57,443 bases of DNA from a plasmid. The notes below the pieces were generated by a model. The model was not told the origin of the DNA. It saw only the letters and a program-made list of their open reading frames with translations, and made no database searches. The first letter of the stretch is position 1. Every line of letters starts with the position of its first letter. The stretch lies in the sequence record NZ_CP149754.1; one strand, 5' to 3'. This document shows, one piece after another, positions 10,226 to 20,380 of this stretch. The position numbers were made by a program, and so were the translations under genes.

Positions 10226-11686
10226 ATGCCTCCAGCGGAGACGTTCATATGTAATAGAATTGTTAAAAAAAGAAGAGGTTATTATTCAGAACGAGATGTT
10301 TTTCTTTCACCTTGTCCTTATGTTTATGGAGAAGGCGGTATGTATGAGTCAACTTACTATGGTGAGTTTGATTTAAGTAATTCTAAATATATAACAGTTC
10401 CTACAAGTACCAAATATGAAAAAACTGCAACTCGTGTTTATTTTATATCTGGTGGAAATATGATAACTAGTAGTAGTGGAATGAAACAAGCTATTACTCT
10501 TGAACTTATACCAGACCCTAATATTATTATAAATGATGATTTAGGTGTTATTAGTGATTCTTGTAATATAAATTATAGGATTCCAGACAGTAATACAAGT
10601 GTAAAATTTGATGTAACTGAAAAATTAAATGGTGTTGTAATATCTAAAAAAAACTATGCTCTTGATGGCAATTATACTTTAAATCTTACAGATGAACATT
10701 TATCAACTTTAAGTTTTAACTCTACAAATAATATAACTATAGAACTTAGTACTTATCAAGGGGGTAAGTTTTTAGAAAAAACGGTTACATTTACAAAAGG
10801 TAATACTAAACCAAAATTAAATATAACTTCTTATAATTCAACTACTGCAATCTTTACAGCAATAGACATAGATAATAACTTGTCTAAAATAGAGTGGTTC
10901 ATTGATGATGTATTAAAAGAAACAATAACAACAGATTTGTATTTAGAGAAAACAATCAACTATGAACTTACAGACAATGCAATACACACATTAAAAATAG
11001 TTGCTACAGATGCAGAAAATGCAACTGTTGAGAAGGTTTTAAGTATAAGCAAAGAGATAATGCCACTTCAAGAAGATGCTAGTTTAAGTGATATATCAAC
11101 TAAGTTAGCAGAGATTGGAGAAGAGTTTAGAAATGGTAAAACAAGTATTATAAATACTTTAGCATTAAAGAATATAGAAGCAAGTTTGAATAACACACTT
11201 GTTGAGTTATCAGAGAAAATAAAAACAAGTTTTGATAGTTCAGACGCTAGTGTGCAGGATTTGCAAAATAGAATAACAGAATTGAATAATCAGCTTAGTC
11301 AAAGAAAAAAATGGGCTACAGGTAGATATACATTTACAGATTTAGATATTTCAAATTTTACCTTAAACTCTGAATCAATTGTTCAGACGAAATCAATTAT
11401 AACAGATTTAAGTTTCACACCAAGTATAATAATAATTGATTCTATACAAATGAAAAGTGGAACTGATAGAGTTTATTTTCGATCTATAACAAATTTAGAT
11501 ATTACTATTGGTGCAAAATATACAAATTCATCCCTTCCAGTAGGAGGAAGTGGATATATTTATATACAAAAACCTACACCTAGTAATAATTTTTTATTAA
11601 TTTTAACCAGATTAGATGGTCAGGGAAGAGAAATAAGCTTTAGTCCAATTGTTGGGGAGACTTTGACATGGTATGCATTTGAATAA
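10226..11686 (+). CDS. tail fiber protein (XkdV-like); shares a ~140 aa internal module with 12367-14142
   Basis: Segment LNITSYNST...KIVATDAENATVEKVLSISKEIMPL...SLNNTLVELSEKIK is about 65% identical to a segment of the Gly-rich fibre. Confidence 0.65.
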   Translation: MPPAETFICNRIVKKRRGYYSERDVFLSPCPYVYGEGGMYESTYYGEFDLSNSKYITVPTSTKYEKTATRVYFISGGNMITSSSGMKQAITLELIPDPNIIINDDLGVISDSCNINYRIPDSNTSVKFDVTEKLNGVVISKKNYALDGNYTLNLTDEHLSTLSFNSTNNITIELSTYQGGKFLEKTVTFTKGNTKPKLNITSYNSTTAIFTAIDIDNNLSKIEWFIDDVLKETITTDLYLEKTINYELTDNAIHTLKIVATDAENATVEKVLSISKEIMPLQEDASLSDISTKLAEIGEEFRNGKTSIINTLALKNIEASLNNTLVELSEKIKTSFDSSDASVQDLQNRITELNNQLSQRKKWATGRYTFTDLDISNFTLNSESIVQTKSIITDLSFTPSIIIIDSIQMKSGTDRVYFRSITNLDITIGAKYTNSSLPVGGSGYIYIQKPTPSNNFLLILTRLDGQGREISFSPIVGETLTWYAFE

Positions 11687-11701
11687 TAAGGAGGTAATAA
11701 A

Positions 11702-12049
11702 ATGAATAGAGGAAATAGAATAATTTATAATCAAGACGGAAAGATATTACTCCAAACAGGAGAAGCAACAGGAGATATATTAGAACACGACACAATAACA
11801 GAATTAAATTTCATAGATTTAGAATTTGGAAGTATAGACTATAGTAAACAGTATATAGAGTCTATAAATCCAGTTACAAAAGAACCAGTTTTAAAAAATA
11901 TAGAGATTGTTTTGACTAATGAACAAAAGAGATTAGAAGTATTAGAAAAAGAGCTAAGCATGTTAAAAGAAGAAAATAAAAATAGAGATAGTGAGATAGT
12001 AAACACTGCTTTTGAAATAGAAAATATAAAATTAAATAATAACATATAG
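11702..12049 (+). CDS. XkdW-like small tail protein (coiled coil)
   Basis: 115 aa, position directly after the fibre gene. Confidence 0.45.
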   Translation: MNRGNRIIYNQDGKILLQTGEATGDILEHDTITELNFIDLEFGSIDYSKQYIESINPVTKEPVLKNIEIVLTNEQKRLEVLEKELSMLKEENKNRDSEIVNTAFEIENIKLNNNI

Positions 12050-12060
12050 GAGGAATTAAC

Positions 12061-12231
12061 ATGTATAATTTATTAAAACTTATGATAGAACAAAAGAACT
12101 ATAGTACTAAAGAGGATTTGCAACACAAAATGGATGTATTCTATGCAGTAAATAGGATTACAGAAGAACAATATTTAGAACTAACAAGTTTATTAAAGAA
12201 AGAAGAAATACCAGCAGAACCAACAGTTTAA
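12061..12231 (+). CDS. XkdX-like small protein (56 aa), not in the supplied ORF track
   Basis: AGGAGG RBS 6 nt upstream of ATG at 12061. The stop is followed by a hairpin terminator (AGAACC...GGTTCT plus T run). Confidence 0.5.
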   Translation: MYNLLKLMIEQKNYSTKEDLQHKMDVFYAVNRITEEQYLELTSLLKKEEIPAEPTV

Positions 12232-12366
12232 GAGAGGTTCTTTTTTTATTTCTAAAAATATATAAATTCATTTACATTTTGCCTACACTTCATCTACACT
12301 TTGTAGACGTTTATAGTTTTAAAATTAGGTACAATAAAACTATAAATTAAGAAAGAGGTGGATTAA

Positions 12367-14142
12367 ATGGCAACAGTTTATGAATTTAATTATACAGGAA
12401 GTGAACAACGTGCTACATTAAAACCCGGCAAGTATAAATTAGAATGTTGGGGGGCTTGTGGTGGTAGATATAAAGCTGATGATTTTACTACTTGTGCAAA
12501 AGGTGGTTATGCAAAAGGTGAAATTATATTAAAAGAGAAAACTAATTTTCGTATTTGTGTTGGTCAGTCAGGTTATGAAAAAGTTCTATCTACTTCTTCT
12601 TTTACTAGAACTGGTTATAATGGTGGTGGTGCTGGTGGATATTCTAATTTTGCTCCTTACAAATGGTCATTTGATGGTGGTGGTTCAACTGATATAAGAC
12701 TTTCTAGTGGTAATTCTTCTTGGGATGATTTAGAAGGTTTGCTTTCACGTATACTTATAGCAGGTGGTGGCGGTGGTGCTAGTGAATCTTCTGTTAGTAA
12801 ACTTGGTCATGGTGGTGGCTTAAATGGTGATAACGGAATTGGTTATCAAGGTAATTTCGCAGGTGGTGGCACACAATATCAAGGTGGTATTAATAATAGT
12901 TCAGATTTTGATGGTTTATTTGGTAAAGGTGGTAGTTATAATAAACATATAGGTGGTGGTGGTGGATGGTTTGGTGGTGCAGGTTGTGTTACAACTCAAA
13001 GTGCTGCTGGTGGTGGAAGTGGTTACGCACTAACTAAAGATAGTTACAAACCACAAGGATATATTCCATCATCAGAATATTGGCTAGAAAATGTAGTTAT
13101 GACCGCTGGAGGTAATACTACTAAAGCGGATGGTTATGCTAAAATAACATTACTACAAGCATTACCATTTTTGAATATATCCTCATATAATTCCACACAG
13201 GCAATATTTAAGGCTGACCACACAGACCCTACACTATTAACTAAGATAGAATATTTTATAGATGATACATTAAAAGAAACTATAACAACAGACTTAACAA
13301 CAGAGAAAACAATTAACTATACATTAGAAGATAATGCTCTACACACACTTAAAATAGTTGTTACAGACAATGCCAATGCTACAGCAGAAAAAGTTGTAAG
13401 TATAAGCAAAAATATAATGCCATTAGAGGATGGTGCTAGTTTACAGGATATAGCAACTAAAGTTAGCGAAATGAAAGATGGCTTAAAAAGCGGAAAAAGA
13501 AGTATTGTAAATGTATTAACATTAAAGGATATAGATGCAAGTTTAAACAATACATTTGTTGAATTATCTGAAAAGGTAAAAGATTATTTTGATAACGCAG
13601 ATTATTTTTTCCAAGAGGCTAACAAAGGAAAAGAATTAATTGCAACTACCATTGGTTCACCTGCAACAAAAGAAAATACTTATCAAGAATTATCAAGTTA
13701 TATAACTGAATTTAAAAATACTATAGGTACACTGACTACTCAACTTGAAAGTGCTAACAATAAACTGACAGACCCTTATATTACAAAAGTGAATAACAGA
13801 GGTGTTCCAAGTACTTTTACAGTTGATTTTCGCATGTATTATCCATCATCATCATTTACTCGTAGAAGTACTTGTATATATGTTGATGCTACTTTTATTC
13901 ACTATACTACACCAGGAGATATGAGTACAGGTGTTCATAAAAGTGTTAAATATGTTAAAACTGATACTAAAGATTTGAATGGTTATCGAATATTTTATGA
14001 TGGTGATGGAACTCTCAGCTTAACTTATGAAAATAATTCTGTGAGGGTTGTTATACAAGGAGGATATACAAGTTCACCTGGAAGAAAAAAATCTGATGTT
14101 TATTCTTATAATGTTCGTATGGTGAATACTTATTGGGATTAA
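12367..14142 (+). CDS. glycine-rich tail fiber / receptor-binding protein
   Basis: N-terminal GGGxGG repeats, a shared fibre module in the middle, and a unique C-terminus. Confidence 0.65.
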   Translation: MATVYEFNYTGSEQRATLKPGKYKLECWGACGGRYKADDFTTCAKGGYAKGEIILKEKTNFRICVGQSGYEKVLSTSSFTRTGYNGGGAGGYSNFAPYKWSFDGGGSTDIRLSSGNSSWDDLEGLLSRILIAGGGGGASESSVSKLGHGGGLNGDNGIGYQGNFAGGGTQYQGGINNSSDFDGLFGKGGSYNKHIGGGGGWFGGAGCVTTQSAAGGGSGYALTKDSYKPQGYIPSSEYWLENVVMTAGGNTTKADGYAKITLLQALPFLNISSYNSTQAIFKADHTDPTLLTKIEYFIDDTLKETITTDLTTEKTINYTLEDNALHTLKIVVTDNANATAEKVVSISKNIMPLEDGASLQDIATKVSEMKDGLKSGKRSIVNVLTLKDIDASLNNTFVELSEKVKDYFDNADYFFQEANKGKELIATTIGSPATKENTYQELSSYITEFKNTIGTLTTQLESANNKLTDPYITKVNNRGVPSTFTVDFRMYYPSSSFTRRSTCIYVDATFIHYTTPGDMSTGVHKSVKYVKTDTKDLNGYRIFYDGDGTLSLTYENNSVRVVIQGGYTSSPGRKKSDVYSYNVRMVNTYWD

Positions 14143-14245
14143 TAAAGATATTAAAAAAGTATAGGTGTTTGTATGCCAATAGAATTAAATAAAAAGAGCT
14201 TAGATAATTCTAAGTTCTTTTTTTATGTAAAAATTAGGAGGTAGT

Positions 14246-14536
14246 ATGGAAGAAATCAGCATAAATCTATTATGTGCAGTAGCAGGGGTTATAATATCCT
14301 ACTTAGCATTTAGAAATAGCTCAAACAGAAAGATACAAGATGAAACAGAAACAACTACAAAATTAGAACAACAAATAACTTTTCTGTGTGAGAATGTAAG
14401 AGATATAAAGCATGATGTAGCGAAGTTTAATACTAGTTTCTTAGATATTAGTGAACGAGTTGCAAAAGTAGAAGCAAGTACAAAACAAGCACATCTTAGA
14501 ATTGATGAAATTATAAATAGAATTGGAGGAAAATAA
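14246..14536 (+). CDS. XhlA-like / holin-associated small membrane protein
   Basis: One N-terminal TM helix followed by coiled coil; sits immediately before the holin. Confidence 0.45.
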   Translation: MEEISINLLCAVAGVIISYLAFRNSSNRKIQDETETTTKLEQQITFLCENVRDIKHDVAKFNTSFLDISERVAKVEASTKQAHLRIDEIINRIGGK

Positions 14537-14539
14537 AAG

Positions 14540-14797
14540 ATGGATAATTTAATAAGTTTTATACCAGAGCAGTTGCTAATTTTAGTAGCTGCTCTCTCTA
14601 TTATAGGCAAAGGTTGTAAAAAATATAAGCAATTAGATAATAAATACATTCCAATTATATTACTTGTGTTGGGAATTGGATTTTCAATATGGATGCTAGG
14701 ATTTAACCCTTCATCAATTTTACAAGGTATTTTATGTTGGGGAGTTGCAATAGGAGCAAATCAAGTTTATAAACAGTTGAAGGAGGAAAATAAATAA
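14540..14797 (+). CDS. holin
   Basis: 85 aa with two TM segments, directly upstream of the endolysin and overlapping its start. Confidence 0.7.
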   Translation: MDNLISFIPEQLLILVAALSIIGKGCKKYKQLDNKYIPIILLVLGIGFSIWMLGFNPSSILQGILCWGVAIGANQVYKQLKEENK

Positions 14798-15603
14798 TGA
14801 AAGTAGTAGTAGTACCAGGACATACACTAACAGGAAAAGGAACAGGGGCAGTTGGTTATATAGATGAAGGAAAAGAAAACAGAATTTTAACTGATTTAAT
14901 TGTAAAATGGTTGAAACAAGGTGGAGCTATTGTGTATACTGGAAAAGTAGATAAATCTAATAACTATTTAGCAGAACAATGTGAAATTGCCAATAGGCAA
15001 AATGTAGACTTAGCAGTACAAATCCATTTCAACGCAAATAAAACAACTCTAAATCCTATGGGTACAGAGACAATATACAAAACTAACAATGGTAAGGTAT
15101 ATGCTGAAAGAGTTAACAAAAAACTATCAACAATATTTAAAAATAGAGGTGCAAAATCGGACGCAAGAGGTCTTTACTGGCTTAGTCATACAAAAGCACC
15201 AGCAATATTAATAGAAGTGTGCTTCGTAGATAGTAAAGCAGATACAGACTATTATATCAGACATAAAGACATAGTTGCTAAATTAATAGCAGAAGGTATT
15301 TTAAATAAGACAATAGATAATAAAGAGAATGGTGAGGGGAAAATCATGTACAAACATACAATCGTTTATGATGGAGAAGTTGACAAAATCCCTGCAACTG
15401 TAGTTGGTTGGGGTTATAATGATGGGAAAATACTGATATGTGATATAAAAGATTACGTACCAGGTCAGACGCAAAATCTTTATGTTGTAGGCGGTGGAGC
15501 ATGTGAGAAGATAGGTTCTATTACTAAAGAGCATTACACAATGATAAAAGGTAATGATAGATTTGATACACTTTATAAGGCATTAGATTTTATTGATAGA
15601 TAG
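14797..15603 (+). CDS. endolysin, N-acetylmuramoyl-L-alanine amidase (Amidase_3), CD27L-like
   Basis: MKVVVVPGH...FKNRGAKSDARGLYWLSHTKAPAILIEVCFVDSKADTDYY...AEGILNK is closely similar to the C. difficile phage endolysin CD27L catalytic domain. Confidence 0.85.
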   Translation: MKVVVVPGHTLTGKGTGAVGYIDEGKENRILTDLIVKWLKQGGAIVYTGKVDKSNNYLAEQCEIANRQNVDLAVQIHFNANKTTLNPMGTETIYKTNNGKVYAERVNKKLSTIFKNRGAKSDARGLYWLSHTKAPAILIEVCFVDSKADTDYYIRHKDIVAKLIAEGILNKTIDNKENGEGKIMYKHTIVYDGEVDKIPATVVGWGYNDGKILICDIKDYVPGQTQNLYVVGGGACEKIGSITKEHYTMIKGNDRFDTLYKALDFIDR

Positions 15604-15855
15604 ATTGAGGATTGAATAAAATCCATTTACACTTTTCTTACATTTCATTTACACTTTTAATACAAATATACTATAAAAATACGATATAATTAAGACAGTT
15701 AAATTTATAATTAATATTAGTAAGAATCTTTAAAATAAATATAGCAACAGGTATATCATAACAAATAAATGACGAGAATTAGAGATAGTTAATCATGAGG
15801 ATAACTGTCTCTTTTTTATTGTCGAATAAATCAGAGAGTGAAGGGATTGAATAGA

Positions 15856-17115
15856 ATGAGAAAACTTGATAATATTAAGAAGGGCACTATAATTTTAGAT
15901 ATAATTCCTAATAGTGCAAATGGGAGAGATGCAATGAAAATTGAAAAAATTGAAATTAAAGGTATTGGTGGAATAAAAGAATTAAGTCTGAGGTTTAATA
16001 AAGGACTTAATATAATATGTGGTGCAAATGGTATAGGAAAGACAACTATTTTAGAAGTTATTTCACATCTTTTTTCTATACAATCTTCTGATTTAAAGAA
16101 AAATGCAAAATTTGATTTAGGAGAAGCAATAGCGGATTATTCGTTTGAAGATATAGAAGCTGTACATAAAAGTACTTATCAAATCAATGATTTCAATGCT
16201 TCTGTGAAAGAACTTATTTTTGATAATCGAGATAAAAAAAAATATAGTAAATTTGTGTTGTTTTTTAAGACACATAGAGAATTAAATTATTCAAAATTGG
16301 ATGGAATAACTGGAGATGAAACATATAGTGATGATAGTACATCTTATATGGCTGATTTAGGTATAGATTCAAGTAAAATAAAAAATTGGTTTATTAATAG
16401 ACTTCTTTTTTCTAAGCAAGAAGGTTCTCTTACAAAAGAACAATTATGTAATTTAGACTTAGCAATAGAAATGATTAGTATTTTAGATAAGAATGTATCA
16501 TATTCTAGAATTGTATCAGATTCTTTAGATTTAATGATAAATACTCCTCAAGGAGAAATTTATATAGAATATTTATCATCAGGATATAAATCATGTTTTT
16601 ATATATTATTAGGTATAATTAAGGAATTAGAATATAGATTTACTAAACCTTATATTGAAGTTAAGGATTTTGATGGTGTCATACTAATTGATGAGTTAGA
16701 CTTACATCTACATCCAGAATGGCAAGTTAAAATTGTAAATGCATTAAAAGTATTGCTTCCAAAGGCACAAATTATAGCAACAACACATAGCCCTAATATG
16801 ATACAAACACTATCACCAGATGAAATTATACCATTAACCATGGATGAAAATGGTAATGTGCGTAAAAAAGACTTAGAGTTAGGTGAATATGGATTGCAAG
16901 GATGGACTATTGAAGAAATATTGACAGATGTCATGGGAATGAAAACAACTTCTTCTGAGTTATATTTAGATACAATGAAAAAATTTGATAGAGCTATGGA
17001 TAAAGAGAATGTAGATGAAATCAAGAAATACTATGATATCTTGATGAAAATGTTACATCCAAATAGTACACTTAGAACAATACTGAAAATACAAGTGGCA
17101 GGAATAATAGATTGA
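15856..17115 (+). CDS. ptuA: AAA_15/AAA_21-type ABC ATPase, Septu PtuA-like
   Basis: Walker A GANGIGKTT near the N-terminus. Walker B/D-loop ILIDELDLHLHPEWQ...IATTHSP is typical of OLD/AAA_21 ATPases. The stop overlaps the next gene start (ATGA). Confidence 0.55.
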   Translation: MRKLDNIKKGTIILDIIPNSANGRDAMKIEKIEIKGIGGIKELSLRFNKGLNIICGANGIGKTTILEVISHLFSIQSSDLKKNAKFDLGEAIADYSFEDIEAVHKSTYQINDFNASVKELIFDNRDKKKYSKFVLFFKTHRELNYSKLDGITGDETYSDDSTSYMADLGIDSSKIKNWFINRLLFSKQEGSLTKEQLCNLDLAIEMISILDKNVSYSRIVSDSLDLMINTPQGEIYIEYLSSGYKSCFYILLGIIKELEYRFTKPYIEVKDFDGVILIDELDLHLHPEWQVKIVNALKVLLPKAQIIATTHSPNMIQTLSPDEIIPLTMDENGNVRKKDLELGEYGLQGWTIEEILTDVMGMKTTSSELYLDTMKKFDRAMDKENVDEIKKYYDILMKMLHPNSTLRTILKIQVAGIID

Positions 17116-17870
17116 TAAAAATAAATAGAACAAGAAAGCCTATTGAATTAACAGAAGAAGTTCAGAAACAATTAACAGAAGAATTTAAAAATAATAAAGA
17201 AAAAAGCGTGTGGAGGAAAAAGTATATTACAAATGCTCTACTTGAGATGTCTCATGGAAAATGTTGTTATTGTGAAATGAAATTGATAGAAGAGGGCAAA
17301 TCACTGAATGTAGAGCATTTTCACCACAAAGACAAATATCCTGATGAAGTAGTGAAATGGGAAAATTTATTGCCATCTTGTGGGAGATGCAATAGTGAAA
17401 AGGGTACTCATGACACTAAATTAGAACCTATAATAAATCCTGCAATAAATAACCCAAAAGATTATTTATATTTATATAATTATAGATATAAAAGTAAAAA
17501 TAGAAATAAACTTGGTAGTGATACAATTGATATATTATATTTGAATGATACAGACAAATTAATTAAACCAAGAGTAAATATTTGCATGGCTTTATTCAAA
17601 AGGTTAGAGTCTATAAAAACATTTGTTGAAGATTATCAAAATGGTACAGGAACACATACAAGAAGAAAAAATAAAATTATAAACGAAGTAAAAGGTGTAT
17701 TAAGATGCGCTCAACCAACTGAAGAATATAGTGCTATTGTGGCAAATGTTATAGTAAATGATGATGATTATAAATACATAAAAGAAATAATGTCAGAATT
17801 TAACTTGTGGGATAATGAACTAGAAGAATTAGAAAGTAAAGCAAAAGAAATAATGTTAGATTCAGAATGA
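17112..17870 (+). CDS. ptuB: HNH nuclease, Septu PtuB-like
   Basis: HNH signature CCYCE...EHFHHKDKYP...WENLLPSCGRCNSEKG. Translationally coupled to the upstream ATPase. Confidence 0.55.
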   Translation: MIKINRTRKPIELTEEVQKQLTEEFKNNKEKSVWRKKYITNALLEMSHGKCCYCEMKLIEEGKSLNVEHFHHKDKYPDEVVKWENLLPSCGRCNSEKGTHDTKLEPIINPAINNPKDYLYLYNYRYKSKNRNKLGSDTIDILYLNDTDKLIKPRVNICMALFKRLESIKTFVEDYQNGTGTHTRRKNKIINEVKGVLRCAQPTEEYSAIVANVIVNDDDYKYIKEIMSEFNLWDNELEELESKAKEIMLDSE

Positions 17871-17942
17871 AATACATATTAAAATAACTAGATACAATTA
17901 AATTTGAAAGTATAAAAAAAGAAGGTGATAAAAATTTCTTTA

Positions 17943-18431
17943 TCATCTTCTTTTTTTATACTTTCTTTCTTTAAGTTTTTTCTTTTTCATATCTTCTAAT
18001 ACATCTAATGCAGTAGTATAAAATTGTATTTCATCTCTGTAAGGCACAGCTATATCAAGAGATGTATTAATAGCTATAAATATGAGCACTATTATAGATG
18101 AGGATTGCAGAATTAAATTTATATAATTATCTTTAATATTTAATGAACTTAAAAATAAATTAGCAAGTAATGAAAAAACAACAGCCATAAGGGAGAAAAA
18201 CAATGCATTACCAGGATTATTATTTTTCTCTAACTGACCTTTAATTCTAGTTTGCTCAATTTCTATCTTTCTAATTGTATTAATATTCTTAATTTCATTG
18301 TAATGATTATAAATTTTTGTGTAATATTCTTGATAATTTATTACACTTTCTTTATTTCCCTTAAAGTATTTTATATCCTTCTTGATTTGTTTTTTCTTTT
18401 TTATATTTTTAAACCAATATTTCAAACTCAT
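17943..18431 (-). CDS. hypothetical 2-TM membrane protein (N-terminal basic coiled-coil region, C-terminal two TM helices)
   Basis: GGAGGGG RBS precedes the ATG at 18431; the ORF-track start at 18476 lacks an RBS. Convergent with the Septu-like operon and shares a bidirectional terminator near 17915-17960. Confidence 0.5.
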   Translation of the reverse strand: MSLKYWFKNIKKKKQIKKDIKYFKGNKESVINYQEYYTKIYNHYNEIKNINTIRKIEIEQTRIKGQLEKNNNPGNALFFSLMAVVFSLLANLFLSSLNIKDNYINLILQSSSIIVLIFIAINTSLDIAVPYRDEIQFYTTALDVLEDMKKKKLKERKYKKRR

Positions 18432-18760
18432 AACCCCTCCATAAATCCATATAATATACTTTAATTTATAACACACTTAATAATATATATCAGCAATTTG
18501 TCGAACGATTTTAAATAAAAATAGAGCCAGGATACAAGAGAAAAATTTACAGAGATTTATTCTGATGATGTGTGGTCAACAATGGATAAGGCTAGATAAT
18601 TTGTAAAGACAAAATTATAAGTTTTATATTTATAAAGATAAAGCTTTGATATATTTCATTTATAGTTTTCAAAAACTTATACAAAAAAGAGTGTTTCATC
18701 TTTCTAAACACTCTTTTTATAAGAATTTGAATAATAATTTTTTAAAAATTGATAATATGG

Positions 18761-19144
18761 TTATTTCTTTTTCAAGTTTATAGTTTCCTCATTTCCATTC
18801 CAAGATATAATTAGCTTGTAACTAGATTCTCTATTTGAATAAAGACCTGGTCTTTGTATTTTTATTGCTTTTTCTTGACCTGCTTCTAAAATTTCATTTT
18901 TTACAACTACAACTGCATCTTCACCATCTATAAATTGATAGGAATAATTAAATTTTTGTTCAACTACATCTTTACTATTTTTATATTTTATTTCTAATTT
19001 TGAGTGTCCTTCAGTAGTTACAAATTTAGCTTTCCAATTTTCTGATTCTCCAATAAAGACATTTTTATCATTTTTTATATTAAGTATAGCTATCACAGAG
19101 ATTATTAAAACTATAAGAATACCTATAAAAAATTTTTTCCTCAT
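18761..19144 (-). CDS. hypothetical secreted/membrane-anchored protein
   Basis: AAGGAGGG RBS and an N-terminal TM/signal segment. Confidence 0.5.
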   Translation of the reverse strand: MRKKFFIGILIVLIISVIAILNIKNDKNVFIGESENWKAKFVTTEGHSKLEIKYKNSKDVVEQKFNYSYQFIDGEDAVVVVKNEILEAGQEKAIKIQRPGLYSNRESSYKLIISWNGNEETINLKKK

Positions 19145-19291
19145 ATCAATCCCTCCTTTGAATAATTATATGTATTATAACATGAAAACAGTTATCCAAC
19201 ATCATTATTATGAATTTTCTGAATTTTTTTGATATTTATATTCTATCATGATAGAATATGTGGTATAATTAATAAAAAAGTAAGGATTAAT

Positions 19292-20034
19292 ATGAATTAT
19301 AGGTTAAAAAAATCTGTAACAACTATTTTATCTTTACTCATAATGACAATACTATTACCAACAAATGCAAGTGCTAGTAAGGTAGAAGATTCATCTATGA
19401 AAGTAATGTATTCAGAGAAACAAGTAACAGACATGGACAAATTATACGATATGGCTAAAAATGGAATTACTGATGTTAAAAGTTCCAATGAAAAAGGTAT
19501 AATCAAAAATGCAAGAACAGGAGAGTCCATATACGTTGATTCTATATCAACAACTCAATTATTAGAAGTTAAACAATCTAAAAATTTAACATCAAAGATA
19601 TATTCTAAGACAGTTTTTTTGATACTAATACAATAAAGCCTCTTAGAAAAGCAAGTATATCAGAAGATGGATGGGATAAAACTGGTGGTGTAAAAGCATC
19701 TGGTACAGTTACATATACAATATCAAAAGGAGATGGAGCATTTCAATATATTTCCGTTAGTAAAGTTTCTGGAAACTGGTCTATTGCAGACGGCCAGATT
19801 CGTGTAACAAATAGAAGGGTGCATATAAATCAAACTGGATTTATTTCTAATGAGCTAGGAATTAAGCAGCAACAAAAGAAAGAGCCAACATCAAATTCTT
19901 TCTCATATAATGCACCTTCTAGTTGGAAACCAGTAGGTAGAGATTCAGTTCAATACAATTGTGGGTTTGAATTAATTGCAACATTAGTAAGAGGAGGAAG
20001 TTCTTGGGCATTCAATTTCATTGTTCAACCTTAA
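19292..20034 (+). pseudogene. secreted protein gene interrupted by a frameshift in a T7 homopolymer (19614-19620)
   Basis: Promoter TGGTATAAT at 19262-19270. Signal peptide MNYRLKKSVTTILSLLIMTILLPTNASA. The frame is open until TAA at 19634; the +2 frame is open from 19609 to 20034, giving a continuous product if one T is removed. Confidence 0.5.
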
Positions 20035-20380
20035 AATATTTTAAGTGAATTTTATTAAAATCAAAGATATATTGACACCATAAAGATATAATAAAAAATA
20101 AAATTATAGTAAAAATTGTAATAATAAAGCGAACGAAAATTATCATACTAAAACATAAGACATGTTATAATTGTATTATATATACATTAACATACACCAA
20201 AGCACTCTTATAAAAAGAGTGCTTTTAGTGTATATTTTTTTACTTTTTTGAATGATTTTTGTCGTATGAATATATTCTGAATAAGGCTTTATGATAAAAT
20301 AAATTTAAAGGAGTCTTTTTATATTAAAAATTAATATTTTAAATATTTAGAATTTATAAAACTTTAGGGAGATAAAACTG

